This document shows, one piece after another, positions 18,001 to 31,467 of a DNA stretch of 47,189 bases. Every line of letters begins with the position of its first letter. Position 1 is the stretch's first letter. The stretch spans positions 1 to 47,189 of the forward strand of contig WOZJ01000072.1 in the NCBI GenBank assembly GCA_011620345.1, written 5' to 3'. The stretch comes from Nitrospirota bacterium. GTDB lineage: Bacteria > UBA2233. The notes beneath the pieces are model-generated. The model made no database searches. It was not told the DNA's origin and was given only the letters and a program-made list of their open reading frames with translations. The translations under genes were made by a program, and so were the position numbers.

Positions 18001-18093
18001 GGAGAGATGCCCGAGCGGCCGAAGGGGCACGACTGGAAATCGTGTGTGCCCTCAAAAGGGGTACCGTGGGTTCGAATCCCACTCTCTCCGCCA
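18001..18093 (+). tRNA. tRNA-Ser(GGA)
   Basis: GGAGAGA acceptor, anticodon arm CACGA-CTGGAAA-TCGTG, long variable arm, GGTTCGAATCC, GCCA end. Confidence 0.96.
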
Positions 18094-18095
18094 AG

Positions 18096-18221
18096 GGTAT
18101 CCTTTGCGGTAGCCGGATTCTCGGGTAGGGGGAATGCGGTGAACCCCGTCAGGTCCGGGAGGAAGCAGCGGTAGCCGCTCCCTCCCTAGCCCGGGCCTAT
18201 CCGGCTACCGCAAAGGATACC
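18096..18221 (+). ncRNA. ffs: Signal recognition particle RNA (4.5S)
   Basis: Helix-8 motif TCAGGTCC-GGGA-GGAAGCAGC inside one long hairpin; usual position between tRNA-Ser and dnaX. Confidence 0.93.
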
Positions 18222-18246
18222 GCCAGTCCGAACGTTCGGTGAACCC

Positions 18247-19890
18247 ATGAAACAGCCCGGCAATGCCTACATCACCCTGGCCAGAAGTCGAAGACCCAAG
18301 GCGTTCGCGGAAATCGTAGGCCAAGAGGCCGTCGTCAAGGTCCTTCGGGAGTCGGTGGCACGCAAACGCCTTGCCCACGCGATCCTGTTTGCCGGCCCAA
18401 GGGGGATCGGAAAGACTACGCTCGCGAGGATCCTGGCAAAGTGCCTGAATTGCGCTGCAGGGATTACGCCCGAGCCCTGCAACGAGTGCGATACCTGTGT
18501 CAGGATCGATAAGGGGACGTGCGCCGATGTCTTGGAAATTGACGCCGCCTCCAATCGGAGCATCGAGGATGTTCGTACGCTCAAAGAGCTTTTACGCTAC
18601 GCCCCTTACCAAGCGAGGTCCCGGGTCGTCATCCTGGATGAGGTTCACATGCTCACCCAGGAGGCGTTCAACGCCCTGCTGAAAAGCCTCGAAGAGCCCC
18701 CCCCAAACGCGTATTTCGTCTTGGCGACTACGGAAGCGGACAAGCTTCCAAAAACGATCGTATCGAGGTGCCAGCGTTTCCATTTGGCCCCCATACCTCA
18801 GGCGCTCGCCGCTGAGCACTTAGCTCGCGTGGCTCAAGAAGAGGAAGGCGTTTCGTTGTCCGCCGAGGTGCTTGGCCGTATCGCCTTGAGGGCGCAAGGT
18901 TCGCTCCGGGATGGGTTGATCTTGCTCGAGGAGGTTTTGGGCCTCAAAGCAGCTGGGGGGTCTATAGAGGAGATCGAGGCGCTCTTGGGCTTTGGGACTG
19001 AGGCTGTCGTCGTCGCCATGATGGAGCGGATCGCTTGCCATGATGCCGCCGGGGCCATGAAGGAGATCGATGCGCTGATGACGAAGGGGGTAGATCCTGG
19101 AGGGTTCTACGAAAGCCTTGCGTTTATGCTTCGGAACATGCTTGCTTATGCCTTGACGGGCGATGCCCACGCGCTGGTGGGCGGGCCGAGCCCGGAAGCG
19201 CTCGAGCGGCTTTCTGGCACGTTCGAGCCTGAGCAGCTGGTAGAGCTGCTCCACATGTTCCTCGAGGCAGAACAGACGCTGCTTCGATCGAGGAATCCAA
19301 GGCTTGTCCTCGAAACCTTGATTGTTCGCGCAAGCTTTGTACCCAACGTGGCGTTGCTTTCCAAAATGCTCGAAGTGCTAGACATGTCAAAGGAAGATCG
19401 TCCGGCCGTAAATAATGGAGGCGATACCGCCCCGCATATCGGGGTTGACGAGGCGTACAAAGGACGAGCCTCAAAAGAGCCAGAGCAAGCTCCTCCCCCT
19501 GAGCGCAAGACGACGGAGGGCTTCCTTGAGGGTCTTGAGCAAACCAACCCCATCCTTGCGCATACGCTTCAGACGTTGGGAACCTTTAAAGCCGAAGGGT
19601 CGACGGTGATCTTCCAGCCCGCGCAGGATGGTTTTCTTTACGAGCGACTGCGTCAGCCCAAAGCCATGCGGGAGGTCGAAGAGGCGCTCAAGGCCTACTT
19701 CGGCAAAAGCTTGGCCTTCAGGCTGCTCCAGGCTCCGGCCGAAGAGGTCAATGCCCACGCGGAACCAAGGCAGGTCCCAGAGGAGCAGCCGCTCGGGTTT
19801 GATGAGGCCGTGCGTTTGGCCGCGGAGGTGTTCAAGGCCGAAATTCTGGAGGACGAAGACAAACAGGAGGAGTCTCTCGAGGAGCTCTAA
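18247..19890 (+). CDS. dnaX: DNA polymerase III subunit gamma/tau
   Basis: GPRGIGKTT, CLNC/PCNECDTC zinc motif, EIDAASN, DEVHML, LLKSLEEPP, SRCQ. Confidence 0.97.
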   Translation: MKQPGNAYITLARSRRPKAFAEIVGQEAVVKVLRESVARKRLAHAILFAGPRGIGKTTLARILAKCLNCAAGITPEPCNECDTCVRIDKGTCADVLEIDAASNRSIEDVRTLKELLRYAPYQARSRVVILDEVHMLTQEAFNALLKSLEEPPPNAYFVLATTEADKLPKTIVSRCQRFHLAPIPQALAAEHLARVAQEEEGVSLSAEVLGRIALRAQGSLRDGLILLEEVLGLKAAGGSIEEIEALLGFGTEAVVVAMMERIACHDAAGAMKEIDALMTKGVDPGGFYESLAFMLRNMLAYALTGDAHALVGGPSPEALERLSGTFEPEQLVELLHMFLEAEQTLLRSRNPRLVLETLIVRASFVPNVALLSKMLEVLDMSKEDRPAVNNGGDTAPHIGVDEAYKGRASKEPEQAPPPERKTTEGFLEGLEQTNPILAHTLQTLGTFKAEGSTVIFQPAQDGFLYERLRQPKAMREVEEALKAYFGKSLAFRLLQAPAEEVNAHAEPRQVPEEQPLGFDEAVRLAAEVFKAEILEDEDKQEESLEEL

Positions 19891-19914
19891 GAAACAGCAT
19901 GAAAGGAGCTATGG

Positions 19915-20223
19915 ATGAACAACATGCAACAGATGCTCAAGCAGGCCAAAAAGATGCAAGAGCAGCTCTCTAGAGTTCAGGAAGAGCTTGCCACCAAGAC
20001 CCTCGAGGCGCAATCCGGCGGGGGTATGGTGAAGGCTGTGGTTTCCGGGAAGCAAGAGCTCATCTCGCTTGCAATCGAGCCGGAGGCGCTCGAGCAAGGA
20101 GACAAGGAGATGCTCGAAGACCTGATCGTGGCGGCCATCAACGAAGGCCTAAGACGCTCCCGCGAGATGATGGAAGAAGAATTGTCCAAGGTTACCGGCG
20201 GGTTCAAGCCGCCGTTCCTCTAA
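19915..20223 (+). CDS. ybaB: YbaB/EbfC nucleoid-associated protein
   Basis: MQQMLKQAKKMQ, SGGGMVK, EMLEDLIVAAINE; between dnaX and recR. Confidence 0.95.
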   Translation: MNNMQQMLKQAKKMQEQLSRVQEELATKTLEAQSGGGMVKAVVSGKQELISLAIEPEALEQGDKEMLEDLIVAAINEGLRRSREMMEEELSKVTGGFKPPFL

Positions 20224-20248
20224 CGACGTCGAAAGGCTTGCAAGGAGT

Positions 20249-20884
20249 ATGAAGGAAACCGACCCCGTCAAGAGCCTAATCCGTGCGTTCAAGACGCTCC
20301 CTCAAGTGGGGGACAAGACCGCGCTTAAGTACGTCCAGGCGATCGTCAGAGGAAAACAAAACGAAGCGAGGCATCTTGCGAAAGCCCTGCTCGATGTGGC
20401 GTCGAGCGTTCACGAATGCGCTTTGTGCGGCAATTTCGCGACGGGGGACCTCTGTGAGGTGTGTGCCGACCCAAATCGCGACAAGAGCGTTGTTTGTGTT
20501 GTCGAGGGCCTTGAAGACCTTCTAGCCTTGGAGACGGCAGGCGGGTTTCAGGGGGTCTACCACCTTCTGGGTGGTCTCGTGAACCCTATCCGCGGGATCG
20601 GCCCAAAAGAGCTGAGGCTACAAGCGCTCGGCGAGCGCGTAGCCCGAGGGGCCGTGAACGAAGTGATCCTTGCCCTGCCGCCGACGACGGAGGGCGAGTT
20701 CACGGTTCACTATGTTATGGAGATGCTCCAAGGAGGCGCGTCGGTCACCCTTTCTCGCATGGCCATGGGCGTTCCTTACGGGTCCCAGATCAGTTTTTTA
20801 GATGCTAAGACGCTCAAAGCGGCCCTTGAGCATCGGATCGACGTATTCTTACCGACCGGTCCCGCCTTGAATGCCCGGGGGTAA
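20249..20884 (+). CDS. recR: Recombination mediator RecR
   Basis: LPQVG.KTA HhH, C4 zinc finger, ICVVE-like TOPRIM (VCVVE), YHLLGG, EGEFT. Confidence 0.95.
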   Translation: MKETDPVKSLIRAFKTLPQVGDKTALKYVQAIVRGKQNEARHLAKALLDVASSVHECALCGNFATGDLCEVCADPNRDKSVVCVVEGLEDLLALETAGGFQGVYHLLGGLVNPIRGIGPKELRLQALGERVARGAVNEVILALPPTTEGEFTVHYVMEMLQGGASVTLSRMAMGVPYGSQISFLDAKTLKAALEHRIDVFLPTGPALNARG

Positions 20885-20899
20885 CCCAAGGGAAGTCCG

Positions 20900-22354
20900 G
20901 TGGCTTGGAGTATGTTGAGAGGGCGCCCTACCTCGTTGTATGCAAGAGTGATCGCTGGGTATATCCTGCTCGTGGGTTCGGGCTCATTCGTTATCGTGCT
21001 TGCGCTCAGCCGGCTTAATGGGCTCAACCACTCGATGCTTGAACTGACTCTCCATACGGAACGAACCAACGTTGTCCGTCAGGTGCGGCAGGATGTCAAC
21101 GCGGCCATGGAGCTTCGCGTTAAAATGGATGTGTACAAAGACCCGGAGTACAAGACTGAGTTCGGACGGACCCTTGAGCTGCTTGTATCCGGGCTAACCA
21201 AGCTCAAAAGGTTATCGGTCAGTCCCGAGGAGAAACGTTTTGCAGTCATGATCGAGGAAACAGTGATCAAGGGCGTGCTGCCAAAAATTGAAACCGGCAA
21301 GCTCACAGACCCAGACGATACGACGCTCAACGAATTCCTGAGCCTTCTCGATGCCGAAATTGCCAATACGGACGCAAAAATCTACACGATGGTGCTGAAT
21401 TCGAGCTTGGAGAGCCGCCGCGCCGTTCGGGTGCTGTTCGGGGTTTTCGGCTTCTCGCTGGCCCTTTCGCTCGCAGTGGGGCTGTGGGTGGTCATGGATT
21501 TGAAGGGCCAAATACGGCGGATGATCGATGCGACCGAGCATGTGGCCAAGGGCCTATTCACCACGCAGATCCCCGAGGAAGGCCCTCAGGAGATCAGGGC
21601 GCTATCCCAGTCGTTCAACAGGATGGTCGAACGCTTGGGGGAGCTGGAAAAGCTCAAGGAGAGCTTTGTCGCCAACGTTACTCATGAGATCAAAACGCCG
21701 CTGACGTCGGTGAAGGAGGCTACCAGCCTTCTTAGGGAAGGGGTCGTCGGCCCTCTTACGAAGGAGCAAGAAGAGCTTCTGGAAATTATCGAACAGGATG
21801 GTCACAGGTTGCTAAGGCTCGTCAACGACCTTCTGGACCTCTCCAAAATGGAGGCTGGCATGACGCGCTACCAGTTCCACGAGGGCAGGATCGAGGGAGT
21901 CCTTCAAAGTAGTGTGCGTAAGGCCAGGGTCGTTGCCGAGAAGAACGGAATCCAGCTCGATTTTCGGCTGGATCACCCTTCTTCTCCGTTCATGTTCGAT
22001 CACTTTCGCATGGAGCAGGCCTTTGACAACCTTTTGGCCAACGCCCTGAAGTTTACGCCGGCGGGGGGGAAGGTGGAGGTCTGCTTAAGCGAAGACCCGG
22101 TCGGCAGGCTTGCGATCGCGTTCCGGGACACAGGAGCAGGAATCCCTCCTCAATACCACGAGGCGGTGTTCAGCAAGTTTTTTCAGGTCGAAGAGCCCGG
22201 GACGTACAGGGGCACGGGCCTTGGCTTGAGCATCGTAAAGCACATAGTCGAGGCGCACGGGGGACGGATCGAGCTTTCTTCCGGTGCGGGGGAAGGTTCC
22301 GTGTTCACATTGCTGTTCGAACGGGGAAGGACGCCTGGTCGGGAGGTTGCGTGA
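20900..22354 (+). CDS. HAMP sensor histidine kinase (GlrK/QseE-like)
   Basis: Two TMs, HAMP (LSQSFNRM), H-box THEIKTPL, NLLANALKF, DTGAGIP, GTGLGLSI. Confidence 0.93.
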   Translation: MAWSMLRGRPTSLYARVIAGYILLVGSGSFVIVLALSRLNGLNHSMLELTLHTERTNVVRQVRQDVNAAMELRVKMDVYKDPEYKTEFGRTLELLVSGLTKLKRLSVSPEEKRFAVMIEETVIKGVLPKIETGKLTDPDDTTLNEFLSLLDAEIANTDAKIYTMVLNSSLESRRAVRVLFGVFGFSLALSLAVGLWVVMDLKGQIRRMIDATEHVAKGLFTTQIPEEGPQEIRALSQSFNRMVERLGELEKLKESFVANVTHEIKTPLTSVKEATSLLREGVVGPLTKEQEELLEIIEQDGHRLLRLVNDLLDLSKMEAGMTRYQFHEGRIEGVLQSSVRKARVVAEKNGIQLDFRLDHPSSPFMFDHFRMEQAFDNLLANALKFTPAGGKVEVCLSEDPVGRLAIAFRDTGAGIPPQYHEAVFSKFFQVEEPGTYRGTGLGLSIVKHIVEAHGGRIELSSGAGEGSVFTLLFERGRTPGREVA

Positions 22355-22932
22355 TGAAGATTCGGCATGCCACAGCCCTCTTTTTGGCCGTTTTGGGGGT
22401 TGGCTGTTCTCGATTTCCCGGCATGAGCGGCAAGGAGCTGCCGCGTGTTCCGCAAGAAACCCGCCGGGCGTCACCTGTGTTTGCACAAGGAATGAAACTC
22501 TTGCGAAACAAAGATTTCCATGGCCTGCAGGCCTTTCTTGATGCCAAAGAAGCCGCGTTGTTCAAAGAGAAGGAGCCATCGAGCTCCAAGCTGGCCGACG
22601 TGTGGCTTCTTCGAGGGTTAAGCTACATGGACGAGCAGAACCCTTTGGGCGACATGGACAAGGCCTACGCGTACATAAGGATCGCGCAGAGCGACCCTGG
22701 CGTGATAGGAGGGATCGCCGAAGTGCTCCTTGGTCGCTTGCAGGCCTTAAGTCGGCAGGAAATTCTCCTGGTTGAGCTCAACAAGAAGCTGGATAAGGCC
22801 GGCATGCGGGAAGCCAAGGCCTTGGAGGGGCTATCCAAATGCAAGGGGAGGATACGCAGGCTCCAAAGCGAGCTCGAAGCGCTCAGGCGTCTGGATGAAA
22901 AACAGCGCTCATTAAGGGAGTCCGGCCCATGA
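22351..22932 (+). CDS. Helical lipoprotein (QseG/YfhG-like)
   Basis: Lipobox LGVGC, TPR-like middle, C-terminal coiled coil LQSELEALRRLDEK; sandwiched with 4-nt overlaps between kinase and regulator. Confidence 0.75.
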   Translation: MMKIRHATALFLAVLGVGCSRFPGMSGKELPRVPQETRRASPVFAQGMKLLRNKDFHGLQAFLDAKEAALFKEKEPSSSKLADVWLLRGLSYMDEQNPLGDMDKAYAYIRIAQSDPGVIGGIAEVLLGRLQALSRQEILLVELNKKLDKAGMREAKALEGLSKCKGRIRRLQSELEALRRLDEKQRSLRESGP

Positions 22933-24292
22933 AGACGGACGCGCAAGAAAAGGGCCGCCTGCTTTTGGTCGATGACGACAAGAACGTTTTGAAAGTTCTC
23001 AAGGTACGCCTCGCATCCCAAGGCTACGCCGTTGAGGCCGTAGAAAGCCCGAACAAGGCGCTTTCGCTGTTCGAGCGGGAGGCGTTCGATGTCGTCGTAA
23101 CGGACCTCAAGATGGCCCCTATGGACGGCATTTCGCTTTTGAAGGCGATTAAGGAGTTGAGCCCTCAAAGCGCCGTTATCGTGCTGACCGCCTATGGTTC
23201 GATCGAAACGGCCGTCGAGGCCACGCGGCAGGGGGCGTACGATTACCTCGCCAAACCCTACGACCCAAAAGAACTCGTCTTAAAGATTGAGCGGGCGATC
23301 GAAACTAGGCGCCTCGAGGCCAGGGTTGAGCATCTCCAGGATCTTTTAAGGGACCACTACGGGACGGGCTCGCTGCTTACCCGCTCGGACAAGATGAAGC
23401 GTGTTCTCGACAAGGCCCTTCAGGCGGCCGCGACAGACGCGAGCGTTGCCATCTACGGGGAGAGCGGGGTGGGCAAGGAGCTGATCGCCAAGATCGTCCA
23501 TCTCAACTCGAGGCGCGTCGATGGACCTTTTGTTGTCGTTAATTGCGGGGCATTTCCCGAAGGGTTGCTCGAAAACGAGCTTTTTGGCCACGTTAAGGGT
23601 GCGTTTACGGGCGCGAACGAGAACAAGGAAGGGTTTTTGGGGAAGGCAAACAAAGGGACGCTCTTTCTTGACGAAATCGCGGAGCTTCCGCTCGATTTGC
23701 AGCCCAAGCTGCTAAGAGTTCTTCAGGAGGGAGAATATTACCCTGTGGGCTCAACGACCGTGAAAAAGGTGGATTTCCGGCTGATTACGGCGACCAACAA
23801 AGACCTCAAGGCCGAGGTGGAAAAAGGAACATTTCGTGAGGACCTCTTCTACAGGGTTCATGTGATCCCCATTCATATCCTCCCCTTGAGGGAGCGCAAG
23901 GAAGACATTCCGTTGCTCGTGGAGAATTTTATCAAGGCGGTGGCTCAAAAACAGGAAAAGAGGGTGGAGGGCATCACCCCGGACGCGCTCCATCGGCTCA
24001 TGCTATACGAGTGGCCCGGAAACGTCAGGGAGCTCAAAAATATCATCGAGTATGCCGTTACGATGACGCGAAAAACGAAGGTCGATATCGAGGACCTCTT
24101 TCCGTTGCAAGCCGAAGAAGAGGCCGCACCGTTTCCCACGTACAACGACGCGCGCCAGAGCTTCGAGCGGGCCTACGTTGTCCAGGCCTTAAAGTTGGCC
24201 AACGGCAACGTCTCGAAAGCCGCAAGCCTAGCCAACAAGGCCAGGGCGGAGTTCTACAGGATTATGGCCCGCGTGGGCGTAAACCCGGACGA

Positions 24293-24305
<13 letters not shown>
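22929..24305 (+). CDS. Sigma-54-dependent response regulator (GlrR/QseF-like)
   Basis: Receiver (LLVDDD, TDLKM), GESGVGKE, GAFTGA, LFLDEI, WPGNVREL, C-terminal FERAYV...GNVSKAA...RAEFYR. Confidence 0.93.
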
Positions 24306-27226
<2,921 letters not shown>

Positions 27227-27323
27227 CCTTCAGGCCCTTTGCTTGGTTTACCAAACTCTAAATTAATGCTAATTTAAACTTTGCACAAGTGATCTTTGCT
27301 GAAAACACCAGGAGGTTGGAAGA

Positions 27324-27554
27324 ATGCGCGAAGGAATCCATCCCGAATACAAAGAATGCGTGGTCACCTGCTCTTGCGGGAACGTGATGCATCTGCGCTC
27401 GACAAAGGCCAGCATCAAAGTTAACGTCTGCTCGTTTTGCCACCCCTTCTACACGGGGCAGCAGCAGCGGATCCTCGATACGGAAGGGCGCGTCGAGAGT
27501 TTTAAAAAGCGCTACCAGCGCTACAACGCCCGTATGGAGCAAGCCAAAAAGTAA
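27324..27554 (+). CDS. rpmE: 50S ribosomal protein L31 (zinc-binding type)
   Basis: [29 protein letters not shown]. Confidence 0.97.
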   Translation: MREGIHPEYKECVVTCSCGNVMHLRSTKASIKVNVCSFCHPFYTGQQQRILDTEGRVESFKKRYQRYNARMEQAKK

Positions 27555-27566
27555 AAGAAGTGTGGC

Positions 27567-28655
27567 ATGGATTGGATGGAGCAGCTCAACGAGATCGAGG
27601 CACGCTACCGAGAGGTCGTTGAGCTCTTAAGCGACCCGGGGGTCTTTTCCGATTCTCAAAGGCTTACCGAACTCACTAAGGAGTCCAAGCGCCTCGAGGG
27701 GATCGTTGAGGCGCACAGGCGCTACAGACGTTGCCTTGCAGAGGCCGAAGAAAGCCGGACAATCCTTAAAGAGTCTGACGATGAACTCAGGCGGCTTGCC
27801 AAGGAAGAGCTCGAGAAGCTGGAAAAAGAGGCCAGCGCGCTCGAATCGGAACTTCAGCTTATGCTCTTGCCGCGCGACCCGAACGATGAGCGAGGCGTGA
27901 TCCTTGAGATTCGCGCCGGTACGGGGGGCGACGAGGCGGCGCTGTTTGCGGCGGACCTGGCGCGGATGTATCTAAGATTCGCCGAAGTCAAAGGCTGGAA
28001 AACAGAAGTACTGAGCAGCTCGGAGACCGGGACGGGAGGTTACAAGGAGCTTGTTTTAGGCATCCAGGGGGTAGAGGCCTATGCGTACTTGAAGCACGAA
28101 AGCGGCGTCCATCGTGTCCAGCGTGTGCCCACAACGGAGGCCTCGGGCCGAATCCATACCTCGACCGCTACAGTGGCGGTTTTGCCCGAGGCGGAAGAAG
28201 TGGAGGTACAGATTAGCCAAGACGAGCTTCGAATCGACGTGTTTCGGTCTTCTGGCCCCGGCGGGCAGTCTGTGAACACGACCGACAGCGCCGTCCGAAT
28301 CACCCACCTGCCCACGGGGATTGTCGTTTCCTGCCAAGACGAAAAGAGCCAGATTAAAAACAAAGCCAAGGCTATGAAGATTTTACGCTCTCGCCTAAAA
28401 GACATGGCGCTTCGTCAGCAGCATCAAGAAATATCGGATGTTCGGAGAAAGCAGGTGGGAACTGCAGAGCGAAGCGAGCGCATCCGGACATACAATTTTC
28501 CGCAGGGTAGGGTGACGGACCACAGGATCAACCTGACGCTTTATAGCTTAACCGAGGTCCTCGAGGGAAACTTAAACTTCATCATCGAGGCCCTTCGTGC
28601 CCACTTTCAAGCCATGGCGCTGATGGAAGGAGCACAAAAGGCGGCCGCTTTGTAA
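27567..28655 (+). CDS. prfA: Peptide chain release factor 1
   Basis: EIRAGTGGDEA, HRVQRVPTTE (PxT), GPGGQ, IRTYNFPQ. Confidence 0.98.
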   Translation: MDWMEQLNEIEARYREVVELLSDPGVFSDSQRLTELTKESKRLEGIVEAHRRYRRCLAEAEESRTILKESDDELRRLAKEELEKLEKEASALESELQLMLLPRDPNDERGVILEIRAGTGGDEAALFAADLARMYLRFAEVKGWKTEVLSSSETGTGGYKELVLGIQGVEAYAYLKHESGVHRVQRVPTTEASGRIHTSTATVAVLPEAEEVEVQISQDELRIDVFRSSGPGGQSVNTTDSAVRITHLPTGIVVSCQDEKSQIKNKAKAMKILRSRLKDMALRQQHQEISDVRRKQVGTAERSERIRTYNFPQGRVTDHRINLTLYSLTEVLEGNLNFIIEALRAHFQAMALMEGAQKAAAL

Positions 28656-28657
28656 CA

Positions 28658-29536
28658 ATGCGTGTTCTCGAGGCCTGCACAAATGCCACCGCCGTACTAA
28701 AAAGCAAAAAAGTGCAGCCCGAGAACGTCATGCTTGAGGCGCAGCTCTTGCTTGGCCACGCGCTTGGCGTAGATCGTGCCTACTTGATCGGACATCCGGA
28801 GGCATGCCTTGCTGAAGCCGTAGAAAAGTGCTTTATGGCGTACGTCGAACGGCGCAGCAAAGGGGAGCCAATTGCCTATATCTTGGGTAAAAAAGCCTTT
28901 TGGACGCTGGAGCTTCAGGTTGGCCCTGGCGTCTTCATTCCCAGGCCCGATACGGAGTGCTTGATCGAGGCCATTCTTTCGAGGCTAGGGCCTCGAAAGC
29001 GAAGAGCCCTGGCGGTTCTTGACCTTTGTACCGGCTCCGGGGCCATGCTCCTTTCCCTGCTCTCGGAGCTTCAAGAGGCGTTTGGGGTCGGAGTGGATGT
29101 GTCAGTCCGGGCGCTCGCCTTCGCCTTGTCGAACGCCCGGACAATGGGCCTCCTTTCGAGGGCGCTTTTTGTACGCGCGGATATTAGAGGGCCCGTGCCG
29201 TTTTTGCCGAGAAGGTTTGACGTGGTTGTATCCAACCCCCCCTATATTCCAGCAGAAGAGCTCTCCAGCTTGCCCAAGGATATCCTTGGCTTCGAACCTA
29301 GGCTGGCGCTGGACGGGGGGGATCGGGGGCTGACGTTGTACCCGGGTTTGATCGGGCAAGCGGCAAGCCTCCTTGTGCCTGGCGGCCTTCTGGCGCTCGA
29401 GTGTGCTTCGGCCCAAGTGAGTTTCTTGGCCGAATGGGCAAGCGCAAGCGGCGGGGAGGATGTTTGTACCGTGGAGGATTACGCTGGCAGGCCTCGCGGG
29501 ATTCTTGCGAGGTTTGGAAAGGAGATGAATTTGTGA
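28658..29536 (+). CDS. prmC: Release factor glutamine methyltransferase
   Basis: GEPIAYI, FIPRPDTE, DLCTGSG, SNPPY, EPRLALDGG. Confidence 0.96.
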   Translation: MRVLEACTNATAVLKSKKVQPENVMLEAQLLLGHALGVDRAYLIGHPEACLAEAVEKCFMAYVERRSKGEPIAYILGKKAFWTLELQVGPGVFIPRPDTECLIEAILSRLGPRKRRALAVLDLCTGSGAMLLSLLSELQEAFGVGVDVSVRALAFALSNARTMGLLSRALFVRADIRGPVPFLPRRFDVVVSNPPYIPAEELSSLPKDILGFEPRLALDGGDRGLTLYPGLIGQAASLLVPGGLLALECASAQVSFLAEWASASGGEDVCTVEDYAGRPRGILARFGKEMNL

Positions 29537-30795
29537 AAGAGGTGCTCTGGATCGAGGGGGGGCACCCGCTTAAGGGTACGTTAAGAGTTTCGGGCTCCAA
29601 GAACGCAACGCTTCCGCTCTTGGCGGCATCGCTCTTGACAGAAGAGGCCTGTGTTCTTGAAGGCATTCCGGATGTTCAAGATGTTAGGATGTTCCTTGCC
29701 TTGATCGAGCACTTGGGCGGGCGCGTATCTTACGACCCTGCATACGAGAGGGTTCGCATCGAGGCAAAGAACGTTTCCTCCCAGACGCCGCCCGAAGAGG
29801 TCGTCAAGCGGATGCGGGCCAGCGTGCTTACGATGGGCTCTCTTTTGGCCCGGCTAGGGGTCGTAGAGGTTTCGCTGCCAGGAGGCTGCGCCATTGGACA
29901 GCGGCCAATAGACCAGCACCTCAAGGGGTTCGAGGCACTCGGAGCCAAAGTTGCGCTCCAAAACGGCCATGTCCGCCTGCAAACGTCAGGGCTTACAGGC
30001 CATGGGGTGCGTTTTGCCGTGCCTACCGTGACGGGCACGGAGAACCTTTTGATGGCGGCAAGCCTTGCCAAGGGGGCAACGACAATCGAGAATGCCGCCC
30101 TTGAGCCTGAGGTGGCCGAGCTGTGTACCGCGCTCCAAAAAATGGGCGTCGATATCGAAGGGGAGGGTACTTCCAGGATTACGGTATACGGAAAGAAAAG
30201 ACTTGGAGGGTTTGTTCACCGGGTATGTCGAGATCGGATCGAAGCCGCGACATACCTGATTGCTTCGGCCCTGGCGGGCGAGGAGGTCGTGCTAGAAGGG
30301 GCGCCCTTAGAGCACATGAGCGCTGTCGTGGAAGTTCTTGGAGAGGCTGGCGTGTCGATTGAGGCCGAAGGCGATCGCGCCAGGACCTTCACGGGCGGAG
30401 CTCTCAAACCGTGCAGGGTTCGGACGGCCCCCTATCCAGGGTTTCCTACGGATGTTCAGGCGCAGCTTATGGTGCTGCTTACAAGGGCTAACGGAGCGTC
30501 CCTCATCGAGGAGAACATCTTTGAGAACCGGCTTATGCATGCCGAGGAGCTTCGAAGGATGGGTGCGGCAATCGAGGTCGAGGGCCCGCTTGCCAAGGTG
30601 CTAGGGCCATGCAGGCTTCAAGGTACACGCGTGCTTGCTACCGACCTTCGCGCCTCGGCGTGTCTTGTGCTTGCCGGGCTCGTGGCAAGTGGGGAGACGT
30701 TGATTGAGGGTCTCCATCACCTAGACAGGGGTTATGAACGGATGGAAGAAAAGCTCCGCTCCGTAGGGGCGAGGGTCGAGCGCATCGAGGCGTAA
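29533..30795 (+). CDS. murA: UDP-N-acetylglucosamine 1-carboxyvinyltransferase
   Basis: [21 protein letters not shown] (active-site Cys), [17 protein letters not shown] at 29533 overlapping the prmC stop. Confidence 0.97.
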   Translation: MKEVLWIEGGHPLKGTLRVSGSKNATLPLLAASLLTEEACVLEGIPDVQDVRMFLALIEHLGGRVSYDPAYERVRIEAKNVSSQTPPEEVVKRMRASVLTMGSLLARLGVVEVSLPGGCAIGQRPIDQHLKGFEALGAKVALQNGHVRLQTSGLTGHGVRFAVPTVTGTENLLMAASLAKGATTIENAALEPEVAELCTALQKMGVDIEGEGTSRITVYGKKRLGGFVHRVCRDRIEAATYLIASALAGEEVVLEGAPLEHMSAVVEVLGEAGVSIEAEGDRARTFTGGALKPCRVRTAPYPGFPTDVQAQLMVLLTRANGASLIEENIFENRLMHAEELRRMGAAIEVEGPLAKVLGPCRLQGTRVLATDLRASACLVLAGLVASGETLIEGLHHLDRGYERMEEKLRSVGARVERIEA

Positions 30796-30813
30796 AGGGG
30801 GGGAAGACCTAGG

Positions 30814-31467
30814 ATGCTTACGTTCGCCATCCCCAAGGGGCGAATTCTGGAGCCCCTCGTCGCTCTTTTGGTCGAAGGCGGCGTGAAGGAGGCCCAAGGG
30901 TTGTTGAACCTGGAAAGAGACTTGGTTTTGTCGGCCAGAAGCTTTGACCTCCGTTTTTTGATCGTCCGCGACCGGGACGTGCCTACCTACATCGCCGGCG
31001 GGGGTTGTGATCTCGGGGTTGTTGGCTCGGACGTTCTCATGGAGCAGTCTCCGGATCTTTACGAGTTGATGGACCTCCAGGTTGGAGCGTGTTCGCTCAA
31101 GTTAGCTGAGCCTCAAGAGCTTGCCGAAACGGACGACCCGTCCATCTGGACGAGGGTTTGCGTGGCGACGAAGTACCCGAGGATTACGCAACGTTTCTTT
31201 CGGGAAAGGGGGGTTGAGGTGGAAACTGTCACGCTGAACGGATCTGTAGAGCTTGCTCCGATCGTTGGGCTTGCGCCCAGGATCGTGGATTTGGTTTCGA
31301 CGGGCATGACGCTCAAGCAGCACGGGCTTGTGCCCGTGATCGACATCATGGAATGCTCTGCTAGGCTTGTTGCGAACAAAGCTGCATTCCGCATGAAAAA
31401 AACGGAGATTGAACGCCTATACCTTGCACTTCGAGGGGCGAAGGAGTCTTTGAATGCAAAGGCTTGA
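30814..31467 (+). CDS. hisG: ATP phosphoribosyltransferase, short form
   Basis: IPKGRI, DVPTY, VATKYP, LNGSVELAP, IVDLVSTG.TL; 217 aa. Confidence 0.95.
   Translation: MLTFAIPKGRILEPLVALLVEGGVKEAQGLLNLERDLVLSARSFDLRFLIVRDRDVPTYIAGGGCDLGVVGSDVLMEQSPDLYELMDLQVGACSLKLAEPQELAETDDPSIWTRVCVATKYPRITQRFFRERGVEVETVTLNGSVELAPIVGLAPRIVDLVSTGMTLKQHGLVPVIDIMECSARLVANKAAFRMKKTEIERLYLALRGAKESLNAKA

Noticed and set aside
18228..18239. CCGAACGTTCGG palindrome before dnaX as a LexA box
   Set aside because: No 4-nt spacer between GAAC and GTTC as in the Firmicutes-type SOS box; too short to support alone
18247..19890. Programmed frameshift site in dnaX
   Set aside because: No AAAAAAG or long A-run slippery site seen
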